This document shows, piece by piece, positions 9,520-17,823 of a stretch of DNA of 64,000 nt. The stretch lies in IMG/VR virus record IMGVR_UViG_3300045988_098886. One strand, given 5' to 3'. The notes under the pieces are model-generated. The model saw only the letters and a program-made list of their open reading frames with translations. It ran no database searches and was not told the origin of the DNA. The DNA is from a virus. Position numbers and translations under genes: made by a program. Position 1 is the first letter of the stretch. The number at the start of each line of letters is the position of its first letter.

Positions 9520-9840
9520 TTAAAACGGATAAATTAAACCTTGGTTAACAAATTGTGTCATTAACATTTCTTCAGTAAGTCTAGGTTCAAATTCTACTCT
9601 ATTATCCAGAATGTTATTAAACTCTTTTGCAAGAGCTTTAACATCAAGGATTCGACATAGATTTGGATTCTTAACAGCACCAGTAATTGCCTTTACCTCT
9701 ATTGTATTAGTGGCATGATAATATTTAATCCTAACCTTAATGACATCAGAGAGGATTTTATACTTTAGTACGGCATGTACATACTGCCCATCCTTTGTAT
9801 CGGGAAGTAGGATGAACTTCTTAATTTTCTTTTTAGTCAT
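9520..9840 (-). CDS. hypothetical protein (106 aa)
   Basis: ORF track. Confidence 0.65.
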   Translation of the reverse strand: MTKKKIKKFILLPDTKDGQYVHAVLKYKILSDVIKVRIKYYHATNTIEVKAITGAVKNPNLCRILDVKALAKEFNNILDNRVEFEPRLTEEMLMTQFVNQGLIYPF

Positions 9841-9850
9841 AAATTAAGTC

Positions 9851-9898
9851 AAAAAAAATAAGCCCTACCCACATAGCAAGTGTATATGGATAGGGCTT
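9851..9898 (-). terminator. rho-independent terminator after the SPFH gene
   Basis: Minus strand: AAGCCCTA...TAGGGCTT stem followed by A+T8. Confidence 0.7.
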
Positions 9899-9928
9899 TA
9901 AGAATTTAGTTTTTAGATATTATTCAGC

Positions 9929-11137
9929 TTATTTGGACTTGTTCAGTTTGTCGGCGATATCCATTACCATCTTCAAACCTACTGCATCCATAGCGTTATT
10001 TCCATTACTGCCACCCATCATGACATCTGGAACCCATTTAACCTCTGATTTAGATAATGCTTCTGCTACACCAACAGTTGTCTTATAGTCCCATTCAGCT
10101 TTCTCTTGCGGAGTCAAACCTGCTTGAACTTTAAGTTTATTAGCTTCTGCTTCTGCTCTACCTTCAGCGATAATTTTCTTAGCTTTCTCATTAGCTTCTT
10201 TAGCCTGTAATTCTGCTACTTCAAATGCTTGCTGTGCTTTAGTTACTTCTACAGCCTTAACCTTTTCCTGTTCCCATTTAGCTTGAGCTGCTGATGCCTT
10301 ACCTTCTTCTTCAATTTGGATTGTTTTCTGAACGGCTTCCAGTGCTTTAGCTTTAGCGGTTACAATAGACATATCAGCTTCTCTTTGCTTAGAAATTTGA
10401 GCTAAAGTTGCTGATTCATACTCAAGGTCGTTAATTGATAATTGAGAAACTTTCAAACCATAGAAAGCAAACGGAGATTCTTCCTGTCTCTTAACACCGT
10501 TAGGTGCAAGGCTATCAGAAATCGCTTCTGCCACTTTCTGTAATTGTTTCTCACCAGTAAGAGGATTAATAGTTTCTACTGTTTTAACGCGAGTTTTATA
10601 AACACCATAATTCAACTGGTCTGTAATAAGCGCAATTAAGTCAGTTCTCTTCTCACTTACTGATTCCAATGAAGACATAAGAGGGCCACATGATATAACT
10701 ACTTTACCAAGAGTCGGCTTAACCAAGTCTTTAATAAGTCTCTCCTGTGAACCATAGTGAGTTTGAATACGTTCAAGATATTTTTGCTCTAACGGCATTT
10801 CTACTCGAACTGAGCCCAATACAAATCCCTTACCTTTATCATTGTAAGTAATAGCCATTGCTGGGTTTTCCATACTTACATCCACGGATACGTTACCATC
10901 TTGGTCTTTCTTTACTTCATTGAACCAAATCTGACTGGTCTTGTCGTAAACAGACACGTTACCGAACTTCTGCCACTGGAAACCACCATTGGTCCAATAT
11001 TCATACGTACCGGAGATAGGAATTTGATTGATACCAATCTTACTCTTGTCCATGTCTTCCATCAACATCGGGAAACAAGCAATTAACACTACGGCAAAAA
11101 TGCCAACAATAATACCCAAAAGTTTAAATCTTTTCAT
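9929..11137 (-). CDS. SPFH/band-7 (prohibitin/flotillin-like) membrane protein
   Basis: N-terminal TM, central beta-rich core, and a long Ala/Glu/Lys coiled coil (AKAKALEAVQKTIQIEEEGKASAAQAKWEQEK...). Confidence 0.7.
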   Translation of the reverse strand: MKRFKLLGIIVGIFAVVLIACFPMLMEDMDKSKIGINQIPISGTYEYWTNGGFQWQKFGNVSVYDKTSQIWFNEVKKDQDGNVSVDVSMENPAMAITYNDKGKGFVLGSVRVEMPLEQKYLERIQTHYGSQERLIKDLVKPTLGKVVISCGPLMSSLESVSEKRTDLIALITDQLNYGVYKTRVKTVETINPLTGEKQLQKVAEAISDSLAPNGVKRQEESPFAFYGLKVSQLSINDLEYESATLAQISKQREADMSIVTAKAKALEAVQKTIQIEEEGKASAAQAKWEQEKVKAVEVTKAQQAFEVAELQAKEANEKAKKIIAEGRAEAEANKLKVQAGLTPQEKAEWDYKTTVGVAEALSKSEVKWVPDVMMGGSNGNNAMDAVGLKMVMDIADKLNKSK

Positions 11138-11167
11138 TGTTTTTAAATATTTAAAAATTATACAATC

Positions 11168-11341
11168 TTATTTATAGCTCTCTGGATTTGCTATCCAGTA
11201 ATAGAATGGAATAATACACCTTACAAGTGTAATTTTCCTGTTAGTTAATTTGAACGCACCGAGCAAGTGGAACACTAACATGCCGTAATATATTGCCAAC
11301 AACAACATAATTACGAAAACCATAACTTTAAATGCTATCAT
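11168..11341 (-). CDS. small membrane protein (57 aa)
   Basis: My own translation: MIAFKVMVFVIMLLLAIYYGMLVFHLLGAF... ATGA overlap with the upstream stop. Confidence 0.4.
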   Translation of the reverse strand: MIAFKVMVFVIMLLLAIYYGMLVFHLLGAFKLTNRKITLVRCIIPFYYWIANPESYK

Positions 11342-11727
11342 TCTTTCTTTTTACTTAGAGTTTTAACAATCCAATTGCCAAAATCATCTTGAATCTTCGC
11401 GGCTTCTTCTGCTGAAAGATTCAATCCTCCAGTACCAATCAGATAACCCCAACCACGAACCAACATGATTTTAAACCATTTATCCTCCCTTTTAATGGAG
11501 ATATATCCATCCTCATATTTCAAGGGATGTTCGATATTCTGGCTGTCATCACCGTTAAGAATATTAACTATTTTCTTCTGCGATTCTTCCGCCACGTGCA
11601 CTATGTCTTCGTCTTCGCCTTTATATCTACGAAGGAAGTCAAATGCCATGTGTCCATTTGCATGAAACACTTTGTCCGTACCTTCATATTTCTCTAAAGG
11701 TAGTTTATACACATCTTTAAAATTCAT
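11338..11727 (-). CDS. hypothetical protein (129 aa)
   Basis: ORF track. Confidence 0.65.
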   Translation of the reverse strand: MNFKDVYKLPLEKYEGTDKVFHANGHMAFDFLRRYKGEDEDIVHVAEESQKKIVNILNGDDSQNIEHPLKYEDGYISIKREDKWFKIMLVRGWGYLIGTGGLNLSAEEAAKIQDDFGNWIVKTLSKKKE

Positions 11728-11729
11728 AT

Positions 11730-12053
11730 TTATATTTTTGGTTGAGTAATACTAAAATTATCAAATCCTTGTTCAATTGATTTCTTGAGTGCTTCCTCAT
11801 ATGTAGCAAATCCAAATGGAGAAAATACTCTATCAAAGTGAGGTTTTCCAGCTGTAGCCTTCTCATAATTATAGATAAAGGTTTCAGCTGTAAAGTATCC
11901 AGTTTCTTGACGAAGCCCAACTAAAGCTTTAATGTTATAGCTAAATAATTCCTTCTGGATTCTAATAAGTTCACCCAGAGTTGCGGACTGCTTGTTAGCT
12001 TCAAACAAATCTTTAAGTACTTCAAATCGTCTCTGCGTGCTCATAGTGTTCAA
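11730..12053 (-). CDS. hypothetical protein (107 aa)
   Basis: ORF track; preferred over the overlapping 11717..11920. Confidence 0.6.
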   Translation of the reverse strand: MNTMSTQRRFEVLKDLFEANKQSATLGELIRIQKELFSYNIKALVGLRQETGYFTAETFIYNYEKATAGKPHFDRVFSPFGFATYEEALKKSIEQGFDNFSITQPKI

Positions 12054-12330
12054 TTAGTTTATTAAATGCTTTAACCCTAGCAGTGTGTCCTTCCTCACTA
12101 TCTGGAGTCCACCAAAATGCTTTACCGTTTCTGTCCTTTGGAGCATCAAGAAATTTCCTATTAAATTCAGGAAATAGTGCTACTATATCACGTTCGTCAT
12201 ATATAGTAATACCTCTTTCAGTTCCAGCCATAGCATGTTCAATGCAAAAACACATTCCCCAGTATTCTGGGTGTTCTACAAACAACTTCTTAGCCTGCTT
12301 GAGAATCTTAAGTTTTTCTGAATTTGTCAT
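12022..12330 (-). CDS. hypothetical protein (102 aa)
   Basis: ORF track. Confidence 0.6.
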   Translation of the reverse strand: MTNSEKLKILKQAKKLFVEHPEYWGMCFCIEHAMAGTERGITIYDERDIVALFPEFNRKFLDAPKDRNGKAFWWTPDSEEGHTARVKAFNKLIEHYEHAETI

Positions 12331-12497
12331 AAATTTACAATAATTTTATCCTCCTCCTTTAAAGGTTCTGCGGGAGTATTGTATCCATGTAGTTTACCAC
12401 AACGAACACACCATACTACTCCATAAGAATTTTCTCTCGGTTTACATTTGCCTTTAGCACAAAACTTGGCAACTTTTTGATAGTTTTCCTTATCCAT
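12327..12497 (-). CDS. small Cys-rich (zinc-ribbon-like) protein (56 aa)
   Basis: My own translation: MDKENYQKVAKFCAKGKCKPRENSYGVVWCVRCGKLHGY... ATGA overlap with the next start. Confidence 0.4.
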   Translation of the reverse strand: MDKENYQKVAKFCAKGKCKPRENSYGVVWCVRCGKLHGYNTPAEPLKEEDKIIVNL

Positions 12498-12514
12498 TGC
12501 AATTTAATTTATAC

Positions 12515-12546
12515 AAAAAATCCCCGAACTTTAGTAAGTCCGAGGA
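12515..12546 (-). terminator. rho-independent terminator
   Basis: Minus-strand RNA UCCUCGGAC...GUUCGGGGA (9 bp including 2 G-U pairs) followed by U6. Confidence 0.65.
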
Positions 12547-12647
12547 TTAAATATTTTATACACGATTACTTAGTCTTGCCCCAACTGTTCTTGTTAGTCT
12601 CCGACTCCTCCCATAACGTATTGTAGAACTCTATACGTGTGCCCTCC

Positions 12648-12959
12648 TCATCGTGCAATTCCTATCATTTCAGCAATTTCTTCAAATGAGTGGTTTAGGA
12701 ATATTCTATCCATATCAGCATCAGTAACTACACCTTTAGGTCTTGGATAAATAAGAGTGGGAGAATGTCCTCTCTCATGTAATCCATACACTACTTCTCT
12801 TGTTCTACCGTCCTTAATAAGACGAAGGTCAATGTGTTCTGACATAGAAGAATAGAATCCTATATTGGAATCTTCTACATATGTAGAACCCTTCTTGGAC
12901 ATTACTTTACGATAAGGCTTATATCCCTTACTAATCAAATACTCTACAAATCCAATCAT
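12648..12959 (-). CDS. hypothetical protein (103 aa)
   Basis: ORF track. Confidence 0.65.
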   Translation of the reverse strand: MIGFVEYLISKGYKPYRKVMSKKGSTYVEDSNIGFYSSMSEHIDLRLIKDGRTREVVYGLHERGHSPTLIYPRPKGVVTDADMDRIFLNHSFEEIAEMIGIAR

Positions 12960-12991
12960 ATTATTACTTGTTTTGTACCTTGAACTTTAGA

Positions 12992-13138
12992 TTATTTAGA
13001 CGTTAAATGATAAGAGTTACATTCACTACAATAGTAATACCTTCTTTCGTTACGTAGAGAATTGTAATTGCCAACTCTTTTACATTGGGATAACGCAAAC
13101 ATCGTTCCCAATTTATCATATTTTCTTTTCTTGCACAT
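12992..13138 (-). CDS. small basic Cys-containing protein (48 aa)
   Basis: My own translation: MCKKRKYDKLGTMFALSQCKRVGNYNSLRNERRYYYCSECNSYHLTSK. Confidence 0.35.
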   Translation of the reverse strand: MCKKRKYDKLGTMFALSQCKRVGNYNSLRNERRYYYCSECNSYHLTSK

Positions 13139-13389
13139 TAAAGAATTTTTGCTTCATTTAAGGCATACTTGAGTCCATACTGACTAACATGTGGATTTGT
13201 TACAATCCAACCAATGTTCGTTTCATGTCCCATAACATCACCGTAAAAATAAGATGCATTAGTGGCTTTGTTGTAAAATTTTCTTGCAGTTTCTTCGTCA
13301 GAAGCTTCCACTATTAAATAAGGTCCATCAAATCTTGGTTCAGGGTCTTCCATAAGACCGCCACACATTGTTCCTACTAAATACTTCAT
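13138..13389 (-). CDS. hypothetical protein (83 aa)
   Basis: ORF track. Confidence 0.6.
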   Translation of the reverse strand: MKYLVGTMCGGLMEDPEPRFDGPYLIVEASDEETARKFYNKATNASYFYGDVMGHETNIGWIVTNPHVSQYGLKYALNEAKIL

Positions 13390-13414
13390 ATCTAATCTTT
13401 TAATTGTTAATAAG

Positions 13415-13487
13415 TACCCCGTGCTGGATTCAAACCAGCGACCCGCACATTAGAAGTGTGCTGCTCTATTCACTGAGCTAACGGGGC
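13415..13487 (-). tRNA. tRNA-Arg(TCT)
   Basis: Acceptor GCCCCGT/ACGGGGT, D stem GCTC/GAGC, anticodon loop CT-TCT-AA, T arm GCTGG-TTTGAAT-CCAGC. Confidence 0.9.
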
Positions 13488-13490
13488 AAG

Positions 13491-14120
13491 TGTAGGTATT
13501 TATCACGTTACACCTACAAGTCCGGCAATCCTGTCTTATATACCGCGTGAGCTGGCGGTCTAATGCCCAGTACAAAGACCGTAATCTCTGTGTGGGACTT
13601 TTGTCCATTTTAAAGTGCAGTGTGCTAGGATATACCTAACAAGTGCACTGTGTACTTCTAAACAGCACTCCTATGGAATTACCCAATGGTCTGTCACCTA
13701 TGCTAACAGAGGTAAGGGTCGAAATACATCTTCCTTACTTATCAGTTTTAAGGTTCAAGGGCTCTGGTTTAAGTACATTAATATAGCCCTTTGTTAAAAA
13801 AGTGTAAAGAGTGTGTTGTTACACCAAATGCTCTAGCTGGAGTTACCCGTATCTCGCTTTATCTTCTTCATTTATAGGTAGTTTCAACGAAGACCTTAAT
13901 ACGACATTATTTCATTCTTGATTCGGGGCTATCAGCAAGGCTTTCTACCATAATTACGTCCTTAATCGGACAACCTACTCGCAACTCTTTAAACGATGGC
14001 TACTTCCAAGCCTACGTCCTCTTTACTTTATATTTTGGAGAGCAGCCGTTCTCTCCATGTCCGGTTCGTGCTCTACGGAGCATACAAGGTTTCGATATTA
14101 TCGCAGAGGCCGGCTTCCCT
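13491..14120 (+). ncRNA. large structured RNA with RNase P RNA-like P3/P4 motifs (strand and identity uncertain)
   Basis: No credible ORF in ~630 nt. A hairpin (13491-13518) is followed directly by AAGTCCGGC (13518-13526). GCAGAGGCCGGCTT lies at 14103-14116. GCTAACAGAGGTAAGGGTCGAAA (13701-13724) lies in between. P1/P2 were not found. Confidence 0.35.
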
Positions 14121-14500
14121 TACTCCGAACGGCTTTCTTTCAATTCTTCCCATGGAACGTACCAATAAGTTTCAAATTCTTCACCAGACAAGATTACATC
14201 GGAGTCTTCAAACTCAGTCCAACCCATGTCGCTTCTAAATCCTACAATACAGTCATCTTCACAACTTTCAGAATTATATCCTACTAAGACAGCTTCCTGA
14301 CCTTCAACGATAAAGGTTTCTCCAATGCATCTTTTTATTTCAGTAGGAATATGTTCTTCATACAGACTTTCAGGAACCATATACGTACTATCTGGACAAG
14401 GATGCCCATCAATTGCTTGGCAGAATATACATTCTCCCCATCTTTCATGTTCCATAAAATCTTGGATTTCAGGGAACGTAACCATTACATACTTTTCCAT
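14120..14500 (-). CDS. hypothetical acidic protein (126 aa)
   Basis: ORF track. Confidence 0.65.
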   Translation of the reverse strand: MEKYVMVTFPEIQDFMEHERWGECIFCQAIDGHPCPDSTYMVPESLYEEHIPTEIKRCIGETFIVEGQEAVLVGYNSESCEDDCIVGFRSDMGWTEFEDSDVILSGEEFETYWYVPWEELKESRSE

Positions 14501-14501
14501 A

Positions 14502-14615
14502 CTATCTTCCTTTTACTGAACCAGGTTTCTTGTTTGCTGCTTGGTAATCCTTACCTTGTCTGTCCCACCAATCTTGGCGAGCTTTAAGTCTTGCTAATTT
14601 CTTTTTATATTTCAT
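14502..14615 (-). CDS. small basic protein (37 aa)
   Basis: My own translation: MKYKKKLARLKARQDWWDRQGKDYQAANKKPGSVKGR. Confidence 0.3.
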   Translation of the reverse strand: MKYKKKLARLKARQDWWDRQGKDYQAANKKPGSVKGR

Positions 14616-14630
14616 GCTTTATAAATTTGA

Positions 14631-15032
14631 TTAATCCCACCAACTTCTCATTCTGTATGTTCTAATGAGATTATACAGATGTAGTGCTTTAGCCTGTCTC
14701 AAATCATCAAGATAGTAATCATTAATAGATTCAGGATGCCAAGATATAAATCTCTTCCAATTTTTACTGTTTATATAGGGAAGTTTCTTAGTATTGTTAT
14801 AGAGATAACCTTTTTGGTCTCTTTCCATAACAACATCGATTAACTTTATACACAGATTGATTTCAGAAACCATTTGTTCCCATCCACGTACCAGTTGAGA
14901 TTCAGCAAAATATTTGGACATTCTCTTAAGTTTGAATTGCTCTAACTCAAGCATATATGCCCAGTCCCAATCTCTATCTTCTTTAAGAAGTTTAGAGTAT
15001 TTTTTAACTGTTGTGCTTCTGTTTCTACTCAT
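14631..15032 (-). CDS. hypothetical protein (133 aa)
   Basis: ORF track. Confidence 0.65.
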   Translation of the reverse strand: MSRNRSTTVKKYSKLLKEDRDWDWAYMLELEQFKLKRMSKYFAESQLVRGWEQMVSEINLCIKLIDVVMERDQKGYLYNNTKKLPYINSKNWKRFISWHPESINDYYLDDLRQAKALHLYNLIRTYRMRSWWD

Positions 15033-15036
15033 ATAT

Positions 15037-15294
15037 TTATTCGTTCACATTGAATGTTTCCTTACACCACCCCATCCATGTTCTTTTTATATTTGTCAAT
15101 ATATTTTTTATAGAAAGAGATGGAATTTGGCGCATCAAATATATTACATACAATGTATTTACAATTGGACACAAAGTGATTACGAATGAAACAGGGTTAA
15201 TAGAAACCTCTATTTTTGCATGGTCACAAATAAATGTGTATGAAATGAGAGTAACTAAATACAATACAACTAAAAATAACAATAATGTATTCAT
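15037..15294 (-). CDS. hypothetical membrane protein (85 aa)
   Basis: Hydrophobic N-terminus LLLFLVVLYLVTLISYTFI. Confidence 0.55.
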   Translation of the reverse strand: MNTLLLFLVVLYLVTLISYTFICDHAKIEVSINPVSFVITLCPIVNTLYVIYLMRQIPSLSIKNILTNIKRTWMGWCKETFNVNE

Positions 15295-15318
15295 AATCTA
15301 ATTAATTTTTAAAGTTAG

Positions 15319-15390
15319 TTGGGCTACTAGGATTCGAACCTAGACTACAACAGTCAAAGTGTTGTGTGCTAACCACTACACTATAGCCCA
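15319..15390 (-). tRNA. tRNA-Gln(TTG)
   Basis: U1-A72 acceptor TGGGCTA/TAGCCCA, anticodon loop CT-TTG-AC, T arm CTAGG-TTCGAAT-CCTAG. Confidence 0.9.
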
Positions 15391-15396
15391 ATAATC

Positions 15397-15488
15397 AGAT
15401 GGCTTTCTGCCTGTTTTACCTCTGACAGAAGAGGGGTCTACTTATCCTAACTCTAGTATCATTGTTGTTACATTGCTGTAAGCCATCT
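15397..15488 (-). ncRNA. stem-closed ACAGCAA element E1 (leader of tRNA-Gln)
   Basis: Minus strand: AGATGGCT-TACAGCAAT...-AGCCATCT. Ends 6 nt before the tRNA 5' end. Confidence 0.7.
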
Positions 15489-15498
15489 TTACTATTTT

Positions 15499-15867
15499 TT
15501 AAATAAAGTCTATCGCTTCTTTAAGTCCTTTTTCAAGAGCTTCTTCATAAGAATCATATCTCTCAAAGGAAGAGACACGTAGAGCTCCGTCATACCAAAT
15601 TTCATAATCCCATTTCTTTGAATATACTATGTCATAATCAACTATAACTATAACATTTTTTCTATTTCGCAACCATGTTTGGGCTTCAGATTGAAGAGGT
15701 ATTGCATATTGATTGTTTTCAAGGTTTGAATTTGAATGACCAACGAAATCAGCATCTATTGTACTATGTGTTGCACCGTGGTCTTCATAAACCCATTCAC
15801 ACCATTCATTAAATCCTTTTTCTTTTAACAGCTTGGCTGTTTCCAGAGTAACATATGATTTATCCAT
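15499..15867 (-). CDS. hypothetical protein (122 aa)
   Basis: ORF track. Confidence 0.65.
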   Translation of the reverse strand: MDKSYVTLETAKLLKEKGFNEWCEWVYEDHGATHSTIDADFVGHSNSNLENNQYAIPLQSEAQTWLRNRKNVIVIVDYDIVYSKKWDYEIWYDGALRVSSFERYDSYEEALEKGLKEAIDFI

Positions 15868-16304
15868 TATGTCATAAGTTGTTGACTTGTTTCTACTGCT
15901 ATTTTATCAGCCCTTGCATTAAATTCATCTTCAAAATGGCCTTTTACCCAGCCAATACGAAGATTACCAATAAGGCTTCGCTTCTCTTTAACAATATTAT
16001 CAAGTTCTTGTAAAACATCTAAATTTGTATTTCTTTTATATTTTAATTCTCCTATTCGAGAAGTTCCAATTGCATACATTGAGTCACTAATAATAGTAAC
16101 ATCTTCCATATAAGAAGTTATACATTTAAATGCAGCAATGATAGCTTTAAGCTCCATTCTGTTATTTGTTGTATTCTTATAGCCTTTAGAAACTTCTGCA
16201 ACTTTAATAAGTTTTTTATCTTCTTCCTTTACAAATACTACCCCGATTCCTCCTTGGTTCAGGGCACTACTGTATGCGCCATCAGTATAAATTCTATATT
16301 TCAA
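15867..16304 (-). CDS. rnhA: ribonuclease HI
   Basis: DEDD residues in the expected contexts: YTDGAY, NNRMELKA, ISDSMY, NARADKIA. Confidence 0.85.
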   Translation of the reverse strand: MKYRIYTDGAYSSALNQGGIGVVFVKEEDKKLIKVAEVSKGYKNTTNNRMELKAIIAAFKCITSYMEDVTIISDSMYAIGTSRIGELKYKRNTNLDVLQELDNIVKEKRSLIGNLRIGWVKGHFEDEFNARADKIAVETSQQLMT

Positions 16305-16306
16305 GA

Positions 16307-16717
16307 TTATTTTTCTTCTTGTGCTTTGCGCACTGTAATATAAGAGTCTCTACCAAGACAGGTTGCGATTCTTAGTAAATCATCGTCACTATCAACAACA
16401 ATTTTATTAAGAATGTAAGCATCCATTTCGGAGAGAATTACCATTTCACCATAAGTATCAACATACTTCTTTTTCCAGAAAACTAATTGAGGTTTATAAC
16501 GCCTAACAGCCCACTTCATTGGAGTAAGTTGTTCATCGGGTTCTCCGGTTTTGAATCCATCAGACTGCATTTCTTCGCAAACATCTTGAATAAAGAATCC
16601 AAAATAGTAAGCTCTAACTATGTCATCGTCTATAAATTCATCATAGTATTTGTCATTTGCGTACATTTCTTGTACAAAACGCTTTTTCCAATCTTCTGAT
16701 ATTTTTAATGAAATCAT
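16307..16717 (-). CDS. hypothetical protein (136 aa)
   Basis: ORF track. Confidence 0.65.
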   Translation of the reverse strand: MISLKISEDWKKRFVQEMYANDKYYDEFIDDDIVRAYYFGFFIQDVCEEMQSDGFKTGEPDEQLTPMKWAVRRYKPQLVFWKKKYVDTYGEMVILSEMDAYILNKIVVDSDDDLLRIATCLGRDSYITVRKAQEEK

Positions 16718-16744
16718 AAATTCTTAATCTTTAATTGTTGTAAG

Positions 16745-16829
16745 TGGAGGGTGTCAGATTCGAACTGACGGACCCCGAAGGGCCGGCGCCTTAGCAGAGC
16801 GCTGGTTTAAACCACTCACCCAACCCTCC
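16745..16829 (-). tRNA. tRNA-Ser(GCT)
   Basis: Acceptor GGAGGGT/ACCCTCC, loop CT-GCT-AA, long variable arm CGGCCCTTCGGGGTCC, T arm GTCAG-TTCGAAT-CTGAC. Confidence 0.9.
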
Positions 16830-16834
16830 TTCCA

Positions 16835-17074
16835 TCAACCTAACAAGTCGGTTAACTTGTTGAGTGTAGTTTCATTCTTTTCTGCTACTTCTTCAAGAGC
16901 TTTCTTCTCTGCTAGTGCAGCATCAGCTTCTTGTTGTTTGATTGCAGCTTGTTCTCTAGCTTTGGTAATTACTCCGGACAAACCAGAAACAGTGTTCTTA
17001 AATACCTTCAATAAGTTGTCGGCAGATGTTGCTAATTCAGCAGCAGTGTTAGCTTTCTTTGAAATAAGTGACAT
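16835..17074 (-). CDS. hypothetical coiled-coil protein (79 aa)
   Basis: ORF track; Ala/Glu/Lys heptad-like sequence. Confidence 0.55.
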   Translation of the reverse strand: MSLISKKANTAAELATSADNLLKVFKNTVSGLSGVITKAREQAAIKQQEADAALAEKKALEEVAEKNETTLNKLTDLLG

Positions 17075-17102
17075 AATCTAAAAAATTTAATTGTTAATAA
17101 TG

Positions 17103-17184
17103 TATCCGAGGTGAGATTCGAACTCACACGAGCTTAGCTCATTAGTTCCTAAGACTAACGCGGCTACCATTTCGCCACTCGGAC
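17103..17184 (-). tRNA. tRNA-Leu(TAG)
   Basis: Acceptor GTCCGAG/CTCGGAT, loop CT-TAG-GA, variable arm TGAGCTAAGCTCGT, discriminator A73. Confidence 0.9.
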
Positions 17185-17189
17185 AAGTA

Positions 17190-17269
17190 GCAAGGAGTCC
17201 ATAGTGGGCTGCAGGACGTCTAAATCCACAGCGAACTAAAACAATGGAAGATTTCGGGAGACTCCTTGC
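17190..17269 (-). ncRNA. stem-closed leader hairpin upstream of tRNA-Leu (outlier relative of the ACAGCAA family)
   Basis: 10-bp closing stem GCAAGGAGTC/GACTCCTTGC, ending 5 nt before the tRNA. Shares the CAAGGA lead-in but lacks ACAGCAA. Confidence 0.45.
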
Positions 17270-17276
17270 GAATATT

Positions 17277-17546
17277 TTAGTTGTGGGCTCTTAATAGCTC
17301 CCCATATTTGTAGTGATTGCAATACCTATGTAAATAGGCAATGTAGACGTACTTATCCTTTATTAAATCGTAGTACTTCTGTTGAAAGCGAAGAACAGAA
17401 TCTCTGTCTCCATTTAAAAATCCAACATGGTACTCTGCAACTGAAGGATGTACAAAGATACTACTTTTAGTCGACTGTGCAAAGACAATCGCCATAAAAA
17501 ATGTTAAAATCAATATCAGTATTCTGTTAGACTTTATAATGCTCAT
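17277..17546 (-). CDS. hypothetical secreted protein (89 aa)
   Basis: N-terminal signal-like NRILILILTFFMAIVFA. Confidence 0.55.
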   Translation of the reverse strand: MSIIKSNRILILILTFFMAIVFAQSTKSSIFVHPSVAEYHVGFLNGDRDSVLRFQQKYYDLIKDKYVYIAYLHRYCNHYKYGELLRAHN

Positions 17547-17823
17547 ATAGCAACGAAATTAAATTTGGATTAATCCATTTCTGCGTGTCTATTGTTCTAA
17601 ATGGATGCAGGAAATCGCTTACTACACGTTCATTATCAAGATACCAATCAATTTTGTTTATCTCAATTTCAAGGTCTTTGACAGACCTCTCATCGGGCAG
17701 AGACTCACAAATTCTATCAATCCTGTTATTAAGTCTCCTAGAGGACACTACTAAACAGATTATCATTGCTACTGCTCTTACAAAGTAAATCATAAGAAAC
17801 AGACATATAAAAAGATTCATCAT
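17527..17823 (-). CDS. hypothetical membrane protein (98 aa)
   Basis: N-terminal TM. Confidence 0.55.
   Translation of the reverse strand: MMNLFICLFLMIYFVRAVAMIICLVVSSRRLNNRIDRICESLPDERSVKDLEIEINKIDWYLDNERVVSDFLHPFRTIDTQKWINPNLISLLYEHYKV

Noticed and set aside
13615-14287. Plus-strand ORFs 13615..13797, 13996..14238 and 14057..14287.
   Set aside because: They lie inside the hairpin-dense non-coding region, have odd low-complexity translations, and run against the local gene orientation. I treat them as chance ORFs within a structured RNA.
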